Below are positions 29,842 through 39,915 of a stretch of 64,000 bases of DNA, piece by piece; positions within the stretch are counted from its first letter, which is position 1; each line of letters opens with the position of its first letter. Where the stretch lies: positions 832,001-896,000 of the forward strand of contig JAKFBS010000002.1 of the NCBI GenBank assembly GCA_036677065.1, written 5' to 3'. Source of the DNA: Bdellovibrio sp. GTDB taxonomy: Bacteria > Bdellovibrionota > Bdellovibrionia > Bdellovibrionales > Bdellovibrionaceae. The notes beneath the pieces are model-generated. The model was not told the DNA's origin. It saw only the letters and a program-made list of their open reading frames with translations, and did no database searches. The position numbers and the translations under genes were made by a program.

Positions 29842-30657
29842 TTATCTTCCTAAGATAGTGGACAGAGTCTCTTGCTCAAGCGTACTCAAGGTTTGATCTT
29901 CTCGAACGTAAGCTGCCGCCACATACGTGGCGTTCCAGCCCGCTGTCTCGACTTTTTTTAATGACTTGGCTTCAATAAAATCAGGCACCAAACAACACCC
30001 CAAATTAAAGCGTGCGAGCTGGGCCGCCACGGTCCAACTTTCAACAACAATATGCGAGGTGAATTGGATCTTGTTCTTTGCCGCGTATTTTAGAAAGGAT
30101 TCAACCTCAGGGCGAATTTCGGTAGTGATGAGATGAGTCTCCCGAGATCCTGACTTAGACAGTAAACGAAATTTTCCAGTTCTGAATTCATGCTTTTTAA
30201 ATTTATTCTTTTTTTCGTTATCTAGGGCTAAGACAATATCAATGGAGCGATCTTCTAAGTAGCCTAGCAATTGATCGGTAGTCCCGGTTTTTATGAAAGG
30301 TTCTTGGGCTTTCTTTAAGGACTTTTCTATTTTCGAAAATGCCAATTCAATCAAAGAAGCGGAACAGCCAATTCTGAAGCTCTTAGAGTCCGCAACCTTA
30401 TGCGAAAGTCCCCGTTTAAAGTCATTAAAAGAAGCTCGAGCACGCAAATAGAACTCTTGCCCTGCGGGTGTTAACTCAAAGAGCCTTTTTTCATGAACTA
30501 AAAGGGGCTTCCCGTACCATTGCTCAAGGCGCAAAATCGCTTGGCTGACCGCAGGCCGTGAAACATGGTTCACCTGAGCACTTTGGGTGATGCTTTTAAG
30601 TTCTACCGCATCCATATAATATTTAAGTGCTGCCAGGCTTAATTCTTCAAGCTTCAT
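29842..30657 (-). CDS. LysR family regulator
   Basis: SITQSAQVNHVSRPAVSQAILRLE...LTPAG; start revised to ATG 30657. Confidence 0.88.
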   Translation of the reverse strand: MKLEELSLAALKYYMDAVELKSITQSAQVNHVSRPAVSQAILRLEQWYGKPLLVHEKRLFELTPAGQEFYLRARASFNDFKRGLSHKVADSKSFRIGCSASLIELAFSKIEKSLKKAQEPFIKTGTTDQLLGYLEDRSIDIVLALDNEKKNKFKKHEFRTGKFRLLSKSGSRETHLITTEIRPEVESFLKYAAKNKIQFTSHIVVESWTVAAQLARFNLGCCLVPDFIEAKSLKKVETAGWNATYVAAAYVREDQTLSTLEQETLSTILGR

Positions 30658-30674
30658 GTAATATAATGTTACAT
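30656..30674. promoter_or_regulatory. LysR-type T-N11-A operator
   Basis: ATGTAA-N7-TTACAT overlapping the lysR start, between lysR and the divergent gene. Confidence 0.65.
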
Positions 30675-30747
30675 ATACGAAAGTATAAGTCACTTTTAAT
30701 TTCTCACAAAAAGCTCTATACGTAAGACTCAACAAGTGAGGAAAAAA

Positions 30748-31140
30748 ATGAAAAATCTAGCTATCATGGTCTTAGCAACAGCATGCTTTGTAAGTTCTGC
30801 CTTTGCTGACGACCAGAATAAAGTGGTCGATATGGAGCAAGCGGTTTACAAAATATTAAGGGCGCATGAATGGAGAGAGTTTCAATCTCAAAAACATTTT
30901 AGTGGCTCAAAAGATGATTTAAAGGATGGATTCATTCACTTATCACCAGCTGATCAGGTGGAGCGAATCATTAAGAAATACTTTTCTACTGATCATCCCA
31001 TTTACATCGTCAAATTTGATAACATTGATTTCTTAAAACGGTTGGTGTGGGAACCTGCTAGCAATGGAGATATGTATCCTCACCTCTATAATACTTCACT
31101 ATCTATTGATGAAATGGATAGTTTTGAAGTACGAGAATAG
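30748..31140 (+). CDS. DUF952 family protein with N-terminal signal peptide
   Basis: VYKI...GSKDDLKDGFIHLS...WE...YPHLY; SD GAGGA. Confidence 0.85.
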   Translation: MKNLAIMVLATACFVSSAFADDQNKVVDMEQAVYKILRAHEWREFQSQKHFSGSKDDLKDGFIHLSPADQVERIIKKYFSTDHPIYIVKFDNIDFLKRLVWEPASNGDMYPHLYNTSLSIDEMDSFEVRE

Positions 31141-31158
31141 CAGCGAAAAAACCAAAAC

Positions 31159-31186
31159 ACCAACATCTCAAAAAAGAGATGTTGGT
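31159..31186. terminator. Hairpin terminator between convergent genes
   Basis: ACCAACATCTC-AAAAAA-GAGATGTTGGT. Confidence 0.75.
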
Positions 31187-31204
31187 TAAAAACAAAACTT
31201 GCTA

Positions 31205-31696
31205 TTAAGGCGTTTGACCTTTCGAGTACATTTCGTTCATTTTCTGTTTCATTAATTCCATAGGCACATCCTCAACATGAGTTCCGATCGACCAGATATG
31301 TCCGAACGGATCTTTGAAGGTTCCGGTACGATCGCCGTAAAATTGATTTTCTACCGGACGCAACGTCTCCATACCAGCTTCAACTGCTTTTTTAGCTGCA
31401 GCATCGACATCTTCGACATACATCATAAAAGACACTGGTGTACCTTTAAGAGCTAGCGGGCCTTGCGTCTTCATCGTGTGCTGACCTTCAGAATCCATTT
31501 CTGAAGTCATCATTAGAATAGAATTTCCGATTTTAATTTCTGCATGCATGACTTGGCCATTAGGCATGTCCATACGCATAAGTTGTTCGGCCCCAAACGC
31601 GCGTTTATAAAATTCAATCGCTGTGGGCACATCATTAACAACGATGTAAGGCGTGATAGTTGTGTAACCTTTAGGAATAGCTTCGACTTTTGCCAT
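31205..31696 (-). CDS. VOC/glyoxalase (PhnB-like) protein
   Basis: AIEFYKRAFGA, MHAEIKIG, QFYGDRTGTFKDPFGHIW; SD AGGAG before ATG 31696. Confidence 0.9.
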   Translation of the reverse strand: MAKVEAIPKGYTTITPYIVVNDVPTAIEFYKRAFGAEQLMRMDMPNGQVMHAEIKIGNSILMMTSEMDSEGQHTMKTQGPLALKGTPVSFMMYVEDVDAAAKKAVEAGMETLRPVENQFYGDRTGTFKDPFGHIWSIGTHVEDVPMELMKQKMNEMYSKGQTP

Positions 31697-31783
31697 AAAT
31701 AATCTCCTCTTGATTTGGTGTTCGCAAATATCTAAGCACACCAAACCAGAGACGCAGATCGACTTATGCCACTCGTTATGAAA

Positions 31784-32488
31784 TTAAATTTGATTACGGC
31801 ACTGCTTCAAGAATTCAGAACGCGTATCACCGCTAACTTTGAATTCACCACGAAGATCAGTTGTTGTCGTTGAACTGTGCGAATCTTGAATACCGCGCGC
31901 AATCACACAATAATGTCTTGCATTGATATGCACGGCAATGTCTTCGGTTTCTAAGATATAAGATAAGCAATCAGCGATTTGCTTTGTCAAACGCTCTTGC
32001 ACCTGCGGGCGGCGCGAGAAAAATTCAACTATACGATTAATTTTTGATAAACCGATCACTTTTTTATTAGGAATATAGGCAACCGTTGCAAAACCATCAA
32101 TCGGTTGAAAGTGATGTTCACACATCGACATCACTTCAATATTTTGTACGCACACCATTTGGTCGTACTTCATTTTATTTTCAATAACCGTCATCGCCGG
32201 AAAATTCTCAGGATGCAAACCACCGAACACTTCGTTGACATACATTTTGGCAATACGTTTTGGCGTATCACGAAGGCTGTCATCATTGAGATCAAGACCT
32301 AAAACATTCATAATCTGAGAAAAGTGAAACTTGATTTCTTCAATTTTTTCATCGGCCGATAAATTATTATCAAACGTCGGCGAAGCCAACACATTGGCTA
32401 ATACTTTATGCCCGTGCGATTGCTTTTTAGCTGGCTTTTTAGCCTTAGGTTTTACTGATGTTTTTTTAGTCTTTTTAGGTGCAGTCAT
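31784..32488 (-). CDS. folE: GTP cyclohydrolase I
   Basis: [34 protein letters not shown]. Confidence 0.96.
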   Translation of the reverse strand: MTAPKKTKKTSVKPKAKKPAKKQSHGHKVLANVLASPTFDNNLSADEKIEEIKFHFSQIMNVLGLDLNDDSLRDTPKRIAKMYVNEVFGGLHPENFPAMTVIENKMKYDQMVCVQNIEVMSMCEHHFQPIDGFATVAYIPNKKVIGLSKINRIVEFFSRRPQVQERLTKQIADCLSYILETEDIAVHINARHYCVIARGIQDSHSSTTTTDLRGEFKVSGDTRSEFLKQCRNQI

Positions 32489-32512
32489 AGAGTTAGATAT
32501 AATCTATCTGGG

Positions 32513-33652
32513 CTACATATCCAATTTAAAAAACTGCACTTCTTGCTTAACCAGTTGTAACAAGCTTTCAATAGAGGAATTGGCTGCTAAAGTCGTTGGC
32601 AACCCCCTGGCCGGAACAAAAGATTCGGCTAAAATTCTTAATTTACCCGATGGAAACGCAATTGAACGCGTATCGATTTCTTGCTGTGCGCGCGAATCTA
32701 AAGCCTCTAAGCCCCAGTCTTTACAGTTTTCGGCGTTTAAATCGAATTGTGCGTTAGTGTACTTACGCAACACGGCCTCTAAATGCTGAATCGGACGCAG
32801 CGGATGATCCAAAGTCATGCGAAAGGTAAAAATCACCTGATCTTGCTTTTGGCGCACAAAAAACTGAGCCGTTTGCTGAGGCGGTGACAATTTGTAAAAC
32901 GCCTGCGCCATAAGGTCTTCGTTAATACGAAGCCCCTTTTTAAAATTCGCATTAATCTGATTTGTCGAAACGACAACGCGAATGTTTGTCCAATTACGAG
33001 CTTGGGCTAATTGATCAAGTATGGGTTTTACGTCTTTAACTTCATCTAAATGACGAATTTTTAAAATTACATTTTGCGGTAAGGCTAAAATGACTTTTCG
33101 GGCAAAAAACATTCTTTCGCGATCACCGGTTTGAAAAGTTAATTGATAACGTGAACCAATTTTTCTTACACTCACCAAACGATGCTGCAGGCGAATCTGT
33201 TTTTCAGGAATCAAGCCCTGTACGATGTCTGACAGCTGGTCGACCAGGGCCGAGGCTCCTTTTTTAAAAGTCCACGTTTTGCTATCAAGGTCGGTTTTTT
33301 CTAGATTCAGTTCTTTAGCTAACGTATTTAAAGCCGTGTCTTTTTTAGAAAACTCAAACGCACCCCATTCGGTTTTATCAATGGTTTGAATTTTTCCGCC
33401 CAATCTTGACGAGGCCTCAAAAATTTTAAATGGGATTCTATTTTTTTTAAGTTCGTATGCGGCATACAGACCGGCGATGCCGCCACCAATAATGACTACT
33501 TCGTTATCAAAATCAAACTGATCTTCGATGAGATATTCATCTAATGTCGAACAAGAGGGCAAAAGTGGTAAGAGCGATAGGCCCGCCGCTCCCCACAATG
33601 CTGTGGTGAGAAATTCACGACGGTTAGTTCTAAAACGGTTTCGTTTCGACAT
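32513..33652 (-). CDS. Tat-exported lipoprotein, FAD-dependent amine oxidase-like
   Basis: NRREFL twin-arginine motif, LPSC lipobox, GGGIAG...FEASSRLGGK. Confidence 0.8.
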   Translation of the reverse strand: MSKRNRFRTNRREFLTTALWGAAGLSLLPLLPSCSTLDEYLIEDQFDFDNEVVIIGGGIAGLYAAYELKKNRIPFKIFEASSRLGGKIQTIDKTEWGAFEFSKKDTALNTLAKELNLEKTDLDSKTWTFKKGASALVDQLSDIVQGLIPEKQIRLQHRLVSVRKIGSRYQLTFQTGDRERMFFARKVILALPQNVILKIRHLDEVKDVKPILDQLAQARNWTNIRVVVSTNQINANFKKGLRINEDLMAQAFYKLSPPQQTAQFFVRQKQDQVIFTFRMTLDHPLRPIQHLEAVLRKYTNAQFDLNAENCKDWGLEALDSRAQQEIDTRSIAFPSGKLRILAESFVPARGLPTTLAANSSIESLLQLVKQEVQFFKLDM

Positions 33653-33674
33653 CAAATTATGCTAGCGTGAAAAA

Positions 33675-34256
33675 ATGTTCCGCACAAATGATCTTGAACA
33701 ATTAATGCAAAAAGTTGATGGCTTTGGCTGGGGAATGACATCCTTAGACCCACTCCTAGCTAACCTTTTGCTTGAACGATTTCAAGATGTGCAAAATCAA
33801 GGGCTTTTAGAGCCTGCGACCATTACTAAATCGATTGATCAGGCCACAGCTATTCGTAACGATTTCACTTACTGGCTGGAAAAAGAGCACCACCCGACCG
33901 AAAATAAAATTTTAGAAAATCTTGAACAGATTCTAACGGCTTTAAAAAATTATTTTCGCATTTCATTATCGCATTTAGAATGCCATTTTGCTTTTTATCC
34001 ACCAGGCCATTTTTATAAAAAACATATCGATCAAACTGAAAGCAACAACAAACGTTTTTTTTCGTTTGTGATTTATTTAAATCCAAACTGGAAACCCAGT
34101 GATGGCGGAAAACTTGTTGGCTACGACCAAGAACGAAAATTATTTGAAGTTATGCCGCACTTTGGAGAAATGATTTTATTTCGTAGCGACATTCCTCATG
34201 AAGTTGAAACAAGCTACAACACGCGCCGTTCGATTGCCGGATGGTTTCGCGTATGA
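33675..34256 (+). CDS. 2OG-Fe(II) oxygenase, prolyl-hydroxylase (EGL-9/PPHD)-like
   Basis: HFAFYPPG.FYKKHID, YLNPNW...GG.L, HEV...RRSIAGW. Confidence 0.85.
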   Translation: MFRTNDLEQLMQKVDGFGWGMTSLDPLLANLLLERFQDVQNQGLLEPATITKSIDQATAIRNDFTYWLEKEHHPTENKILENLEQILTALKNYFRISLSHLECHFAFYPPGHFYKKHIDQTESNNKRFFSFVIYLNPNWKPSDGGKLVGYDQERKLFEVMPHFGEMILFRSDIPHEVETSYNTRRSIAGWFRV

Positions 34257-35932
34257 AAAATTTAAGATCGCAAAAAGATGTCGTTTACTTTATTTTGTTT
34301 GACCGCTTAGCGGTTCGTATCGGCATTATGTTACTTGCATTTTTTGCAACTTTAGCTGGTCTTGCGGTTCCGTATTATCAACGTGATTTCATGCTACAGC
34401 TGTCAACTAACCCTTTGTTTGTGTGTACGCTGCTGGCCCTGTTGTCTTTTGTCTTGACGCAGATGACGAACTTTTTAGGTCAACGCGAAGCTTTGATCAC
34501 GCAAAAAGCGCTATCAGAAAAATTATACCACCACATCTTACGACTTAAGCCACTAACCACCAGCCACAAAACTGTGGGCGAAATGGTCGCCTTATACACG
34601 ACTGATATTCCAAGTTGCACGATGTGGCTTGAGCAAACGATTCCCTATGCGCTGACGACGGCATTCCCATTAATGCTGGCACCCATATTTTTAAATGTGG
34701 TCTATCATATTCCCTATAGTTTAACGTTATCGCTGATAGCGGCTTTGGTTTGTGTGAATCTATTATTAGCCCGCAGACAGTCCGGATTTTTCTACTATTT
34801 TAAAATCTTAGCCGGCCAGCGCATGGGTTTGGTGAATGAATGGATTCAAAATATTCGCGGGCTTAAATCCCTAAACTGGATTCAGGGTTTTGAAAATAAA
34901 ATTATCAAAAAGCGTATTGAAGAAACGAATAATCGCATCGCGATGGTCACTAACGGTCAGATTATGAATTCGATTTCATCAAGTGTGACGTTCTGGCTAA
35001 ACCTGGCGATTTTATTTTACGTGACCTATGCCCATAACGAACTGATCGGCCAAATTGATCTAATTGCCGTGATGTGGGTGATGGGTGTATTTTTATCAAA
35101 ACCCTTAAGACAGCTTCCATGGTTTTTTACGATGATGTTTGATGCCTGGACTTCGGTTCGCAGAACCGGCGATTTTTTTTCGCTTGAAAATGCGCGTTAC
35201 CATATCGATGATGAAAACACCGCCTTAAATGCTGATGAATCATTAGTGGTCGAAGATTTAAATTTAATTATTGAGAATAAAATCGTTTTAAAAAATATTA
35301 ATTTAAAAGTTAAAAAAAATGAAGTTGTGGCGATTATTGGCCCGATTGGCAGTGGCAAATCGGTTTTATTTAAATCACTGATGCGCGAAACGCCGTTTAA
35401 GGCTAAACGCCTGGCACAACTGCCGCATAGTTATTTACCACAAGAGCCATTTATCTTAAGTGCGACGTTAACAGAAAATATTATTCTGGATTATCACAAC
35501 GAACCATCTGAGGCAGCTCATCACGCCGTAAAAGCCACGGCAGCCTTAAAACATGCGCAATTTGATATCGAACACGATCGTATTAGTGATGGTTTACAAA
35601 CAATCATTGGTGAGCGTGGTTTAAATATTTCTGGCGGACAAAAACAAAGATTAAATTTAGCCAGATTATTTTACAACCCTCTGCCGTTATTTTTATTAGA
35701 CGATCCCTTTAGCGCCGTCGATGTGGGCACCGAGAAAAAACTGATCGATGCCCTATTTACTTTAAAAGAACAAGGTCACAGCTTTTTAGTGATCACCCAA
35801 CGTTATGAATTTTTAAAACACTGTGATCGTATTGTTTATTTAGAAAAAGGCGAAATCAAATTTAATGGCGCTTATACAGATTTTATAAGCAAACCGAAAT
35901 ATCAAAAATTTATCGCAGGCGATATAACATGA
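34241..35932 (+). CDS. ABC exporter half (TMD+NBD), similar to the first half of MRP/ABCC
   Basis: GPIGSGKS, IGERGLNISGGQKQR, LDDPFSAVD, H-loop replaced (TQR). Confidence 0.88.
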   Translation: MVSRMKNLRSQKDVVYFILFDRLAVRIGIMLLAFFATLAGLAVPYYQRDFMLQLSTNPLFVCTLLALLSFVLTQMTNFLGQREALITQKALSEKLYHHILRLKPLTTSHKTVGEMVALYTTDIPSCTMWLEQTIPYALTTAFPLMLAPIFLNVVYHIPYSLTLSLIAALVCVNLLLARRQSGFFYYFKILAGQRMGLVNEWIQNIRGLKSLNWIQGFENKIIKKRIEETNNRIAMVTNGQIMNSISSSVTFWLNLAILFYVTYAHNELIGQIDLIAVMWVMGVFLSKPLRQLPWFFTMMFDAWTSVRRTGDFFSLENARYHIDDENTALNADESLVVEDLNLIIENKIVLKNINLKVKKNEVVAIIGPIGSGKSVLFKSLMRETPFKAKRLAQLPHSYLPQEPFILSATLTENIILDYHNEPSEAAHHAVKATAALKHAQFDIEHDRISDGLQTIIGERGLNISGGQKQRLNLARLFYNPLPLFLLDDPFSAVDVGTEKKLIDALFTLKEQGHSFLVITQRYEFLKHCDRIVYLEKGEIKFNGAYTDFISKPKYQKFIAGDIT

Positions 35933-37671
35933 AAAAAGCCTTTTCTAAAACAATCTTTGATACCCTGATGCAGGCTTATCGCCCTTTTATCGTTAGAATT
36001 ATAACGGTGGTGATTTTAGGATTTGCCGCAAGATTGTTGTTTTTATCCAATGCCCAGATGATTGCGCGCTTTTATGACGCCCACAAAATTATCCAGCGTG
36101 ATGATTTAGTTTCTCTGACTTCAAGTTTATTAGTTGTGCTGGTCGTTTCATTTTTATTAACGCTTATTTACCGCACGGTATTTTCAAGGCTTTCGGCTCT
36201 GGCCGTTTCGCGTATTTATGATGAAACGACTTACCGTGTGTCGCGCTACCCATTATCATATTTTGATAATACTCCAGTCGGTAAAATCACAACACGTTTT
36301 TCGAGCGATTACGGCAATATCTTTCGTTTATTCGGTGGCCCCTTGGCCGAGTTTTTATCGATCATCTTTGATTTAATCGGCATTACAATTTTAATCATGT
36401 TAACGCACCCTTATTTTGTGGTGAACTTGCTGTTAGCAGGCCTAGGTTTTTATGTGATTTTAAAACGTAATCAAATCAGACTGCGTGAACATCGCCGTGA
36501 AGTTTCGATTTTACGTGGGCCTTCGGTGGCGCATTTTTCAGAAACTGTTCAGGGAAGCCTTTCGATCAGACAAAATTCTAAAGTCAGAACTTTTATTAAT
36601 CGCTTTTTAAAATTAGATGATCTTTACATTACCAGTAAATATCACATCGTGAAAAGCATTATGCGTTTTTCGACAGAACTGAATGTGATTTCTACGCTAT
36701 TATTTTTAATGAATGGCTTATTGGGAATGTATCTGGTGCACGAAGGCAAATTAGGCGCCGGGCAAGTGGCCGTGACTTTGGGTTTCACTATTCTGGCGAC
36801 AAATACCCTACAGATGTTTTTTGAGTGGTACTCACAATTTGAAGAGGCGTTAGTGGGTGTTGAGCGTTTAGATGAATTTATTCGTAACCCGATCGAAGAA
36901 GGTGCCTTGCTGCCGTCGTATTCAGATTTTAAAACTCACCATCCGAAAAAAGATAAGTTAAATAAAACCACAGAGCCAGCGGTAAAACTTGCTTCTGATT
37001 TTAAATTAACTGTTGAAAATCTATCGCTCACTTACCCGAATCAAAATCACCCCACACTTTTGAATGTGTCTTTTAAATTAAAACCTTCAGAAAAATTGGG
37101 CATCATTGGCCGAACCGGCGCTGGTAAGTCGACCTTGATTTCTGCGCTATTACGCTTATACCCTTTCAATCAAGGTGTGATTTTAATCGATAATGCCTTT
37201 AAAACAGATATCGAAGACCACCGTAAACAGTTTTCGTTGATTTCGCAGGATCAGTTTTTTATTAAGGGAACAATCAAAGATAATCTTGATCTGTTTAACC
37301 AGTTTTCGAGCGATAAACTGAACGAGACCCTGAAGCTTGTGGGGCTTCCGCTACAGTTACATTTTATGCTGGATGAAAAGGGACAAAACCTTTCACAAGG
37401 TGAAAAACAGCTCTTAAGTCTGGCCCGCGGGCTCTTACAAAATGCAGAGATTTTCATCTTCGATGAAGCCACCGCAAACATTGATCCTCAATCTGAAAAA
37501 TTAATTGAATTAGCTCTGAAAAAGACTTTAGCCGATAAGACACAAATCCGAATAGCTCATAGACTGCAGACAGTTTTGGATTGCGATAAGATTTTATGGC
37601 TTGAACACGGACAAGTAAAAATGTTAGGTTCAACCCCAGAAGTTTTAAAAGCATTTGAAGCGTCTCGTTAG
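35929..37671 (+). CDS. ABC exporter half (TMD+NBD), similar to the second half of MRP/ABCC
   Basis: TPVGKITTRFSSD, GRTGAGKST, LSQGE, FDEATANID, AHRL; ATGA overlap with its partner. Confidence 0.88.
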   Translation: MKKAFSKTIFDTLMQAYRPFIVRIITVVILGFAARLLFLSNAQMIARFYDAHKIIQRDDLVSLTSSLLVVLVVSFLLTLIYRTVFSRLSALAVSRIYDETTYRVSRYPLSYFDNTPVGKITTRFSSDYGNIFRLFGGPLAEFLSIIFDLIGITILIMLTHPYFVVNLLLAGLGFYVILKRNQIRLREHRREVSILRGPSVAHFSETVQGSLSIRQNSKVRTFINRFLKLDDLYITSKYHIVKSIMRFSTELNVISTLLFLMNGLLGMYLVHEGKLGAGQVAVTLGFTILATNTLQMFFEWYSQFEEALVGVERLDEFIRNPIEEGALLPSYSDFKTHHPKKDKLNKTTEPAVKLASDFKLTVENLSLTYPNQNHPTLLNVSFKLKPSEKLGIIGRTGAGKSTLISALLRLYPFNQGVILIDNAFKTDIEDHRKQFSLISQDQFFIKGTIKDNLDLFNQFSSDKLNETLKLVGLPLQLHFMLDEKGQNLSQGEKQLLSLARGLLQNAEIFIFDEATANIDPQSEKLIELALKKTLADKTQIRIAHRLQTVLDCDKILWLEHGQVKMLGSTPEVLKAFEASR

Positions 37672-37677
37672 GAAACT

Positions 37678-39063
37678 ATGTCAGACGAAAAAAAACCATC
37701 AAATCCACGCGACGAAAAGCCGCTGGATTTTATTGAGAACGAAGCAGAAAACGCTGTTGATGAAAACAGTGTTGAATTCCTTCGTATGAACTGGGCCCAG
37801 CTTCCGCAAGCCCAGAGCCACGATGCGTTCTTTCGTCTTTCTCGTACCGATGCCGAAGAGTTATTCTTATCACTGACAGCTCAAGATCAATTTCCTTTAA
37901 TTAAAGCCTGTACTTCATTAGAAAAAAGATCTTGGATCAGATTATTAGCGCCGGATGACGCGGCCGATTTAATTCAGGAAGAAGAAGCTGACCAGCGTGA
38001 AGCTTGGCTAAGCTTGCTTGATCCGCAAACAAAACGCGAAGTGGGCGTGTTATTAGCTTACGCTGAAGACAACGCCGGCGGCATCATGTCATCGCGCTTT
38101 TTACGCCTGCGTCCCAACATGAACGTCGACGAAGCGATCAGCTACATCCGTTTGCAGGCTAAAACTCAGGTTGAAACTATTTACTATGCTTACGTCTTAA
38201 CAACAGATCAAAAGTTATTAGGTGTTGTCTCATTTCGAGAACTATTTGCTTCAGCTCCGCAAAAAAAAGTGGATGAGATCATGTCTTCAGACATCATCTC
38301 TGTACCGGTTGATATGGATCAGGAACAAATTGGTCAGATTTTTAGCCAAAATAATTTAATGGCCCTACCCGTTATTGATGCGGATGAAAAAATGATTGGT
38401 ATCGTCACGTTTGATGACGTGGCTGAAGTGATCCAAGAAGAGGCCACTGAAGATATTCATAAGATTGCCGGTATGGAAAGCTTAGACGCACCCTATTTAC
38501 AAATCGGCTTTGCTGAAATGTTAAAAAAGCGCGCGGGCTGGTTGATCGTACTTTTAGTGGGTGGAATGTTTACGACTACCGCACTTGGTTACTACGAAGA
38601 TGAAATGCAGCGAGCCGCAGTACTGTATATGTTTTTACCTTTGATTATTTCTTCTGGTGGTAACACCGGTTCGCAGGCTTCAACACTGGTGATTCGCGCT
38701 ATGGCCTTAGGCGAAGTTCGCCTAAAAGATTGGTGGCGAGTTTTAATCCGCGAGATTTCTACGGGGCTTTGCCTGGGATTAATTTTGGGCGCGATTGCTT
38801 TGCTGCGAATTTATTTATGGCCATGGGCTGAACAAATGTACGGCGAACATTATCGTTACATCGCGCACACTGTGGCCGTTTCTATAATTGGCGTGGTTTT
38901 ATGGGGCACAATTACAGGCTCGATGTTACCCTTTGTCTTAAGAAAATTTAAACTCGATCCCGCTTCAGCTTCTGCTCCTGCAGTTGCAACGATCGTAGAT
39001 GTCACAGGTTTAATCATTTATTTCACCGCCGCTAGTCTAATTCTAAAAGGCATTTTGTTGTAA
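37678..39063 (+). CDS. mgtE: Magnesium transporter MgtE
   Basis: CBS pair, GGNTGSQAST, DPASASAP...VDVTG. Confidence 0.95.
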   Translation: MSDEKKPSNPRDEKPLDFIENEAENAVDENSVEFLRMNWAQLPQAQSHDAFFRLSRTDAEELFLSLTAQDQFPLIKACTSLEKRSWIRLLAPDDAADLIQEEEADQREAWLSLLDPQTKREVGVLLAYAEDNAGGIMSSRFLRLRPNMNVDEAISYIRLQAKTQVETIYYAYVLTTDQKLLGVVSFRELFASAPQKKVDEIMSSDIISVPVDMDQEQIGQIFSQNNLMALPVIDADEKMIGIVTFDDVAEVIQEEATEDIHKIAGMESLDAPYLQIGFAEMLKKRAGWLIVLLVGGMFTTTALGYYEDEMQRAAVLYMFLPLIISSGGNTGSQASTLVIRAMALGEVRLKDWWRVLIREISTGLCLGLILGAIALLRIYLWPWAEQMYGEHYRYIAHTVAVSIIGVVLWGTITGSMLPFVLRKFKLDPASASAPAVATIVDVTGLIIYFTAASLILKGILL

Positions 39064-39142
39064 TTGGCATTGCTCATGCTTAGTAAACCGTATGTACGTC
39101 AGGGAATGCACATACAGTTTTAGATCAACTAAGGAGATTTAA

Positions 39143-39904
39143 ATGCTAACAAAACCACAAAATGCGGCCTCACAAGATAAAAATTACTTGTCGCTGCTTA
39201 CACCAATCATCGTGGTAACAGTTTTTACTTTTCAAACAAAAGTACAAGCGATGGCAATGGGGCCATACATAGATTTAAATAAGCCGCGCGCAAATACATG
39301 GAGTCAAACTTCAACAACAAAATCTGCAGAAGATAAAAACATTGATGATAATGTGCGCGAAGCGATTCCATTATGGGAGACAAAATCACTCAATCACCGC
39401 TCTTGGAGTGAACATGTTTATAATGAATTACCGACTCTTGGCCCTGCCCTGTTAGCGGCGAATCCAACAGATGCAAAAATATTTTGTCCGAACTTTTCTA
39501 ATTTATCAGACAACGAAAGAAAACAATTCTGGGCGTTTTTTATTTCGAGCATGGCTAAATTTGAAAGTGGCTTTGACCCGAAATCAGCATACACCGAAGG
39601 CTTCAGAGACAACACGGGCCGCTACGTTATTAGCCGCGGGTTATTACAAATTTCAATGGAGAGCAGCAAAGGTTACCGCTGTGGATTTACATCATCAACA
39701 GAGATGCATAGCCCTACCAAAAATTTAAGCTGCGGAATTAAAATTCTAAATCATTGGATGAAAAAAGACCAACGTATCGCCAGTCGTTCTGGCTTAGGCT
39801 GGAGAGGTGGCGCCCGCTATTGGTCGGTACTGCGCGCAGGTAAAAAATCCTCGTATCAATCCATTGTCAAATGGAGTAACGACTTACCATTTTGTAAATT
39901 ATAA
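39143..39904 (+). CDS. Secreted SLT/lysozyme-like transglycosylase
   Basis: MAKFESGF...SRGLLQIS...NLSCG. Confidence 0.8.
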   Translation: MLTKPQNAASQDKNYLSLLTPIIVVTVFTFQTKVQAMAMGPYIDLNKPRANTWSQTSTTKSAEDKNIDDNVREAIPLWETKSLNHRSWSEHVYNELPTLGPALLAANPTDAKIFCPNFSNLSDNERKQFWAFFISSMAKFESGFDPKSAYTEGFRDNTGRYVISRGLLQISMESSKGYRCGFTSSTEMHSPTKNLSCGIKILNHWMKKDQRIASRSGLGWRGGARYWSVLRAGKKSSYQSIVKWSNDLPFCKL

Positions 39905-39915
39905 ATTGCGAAAAC

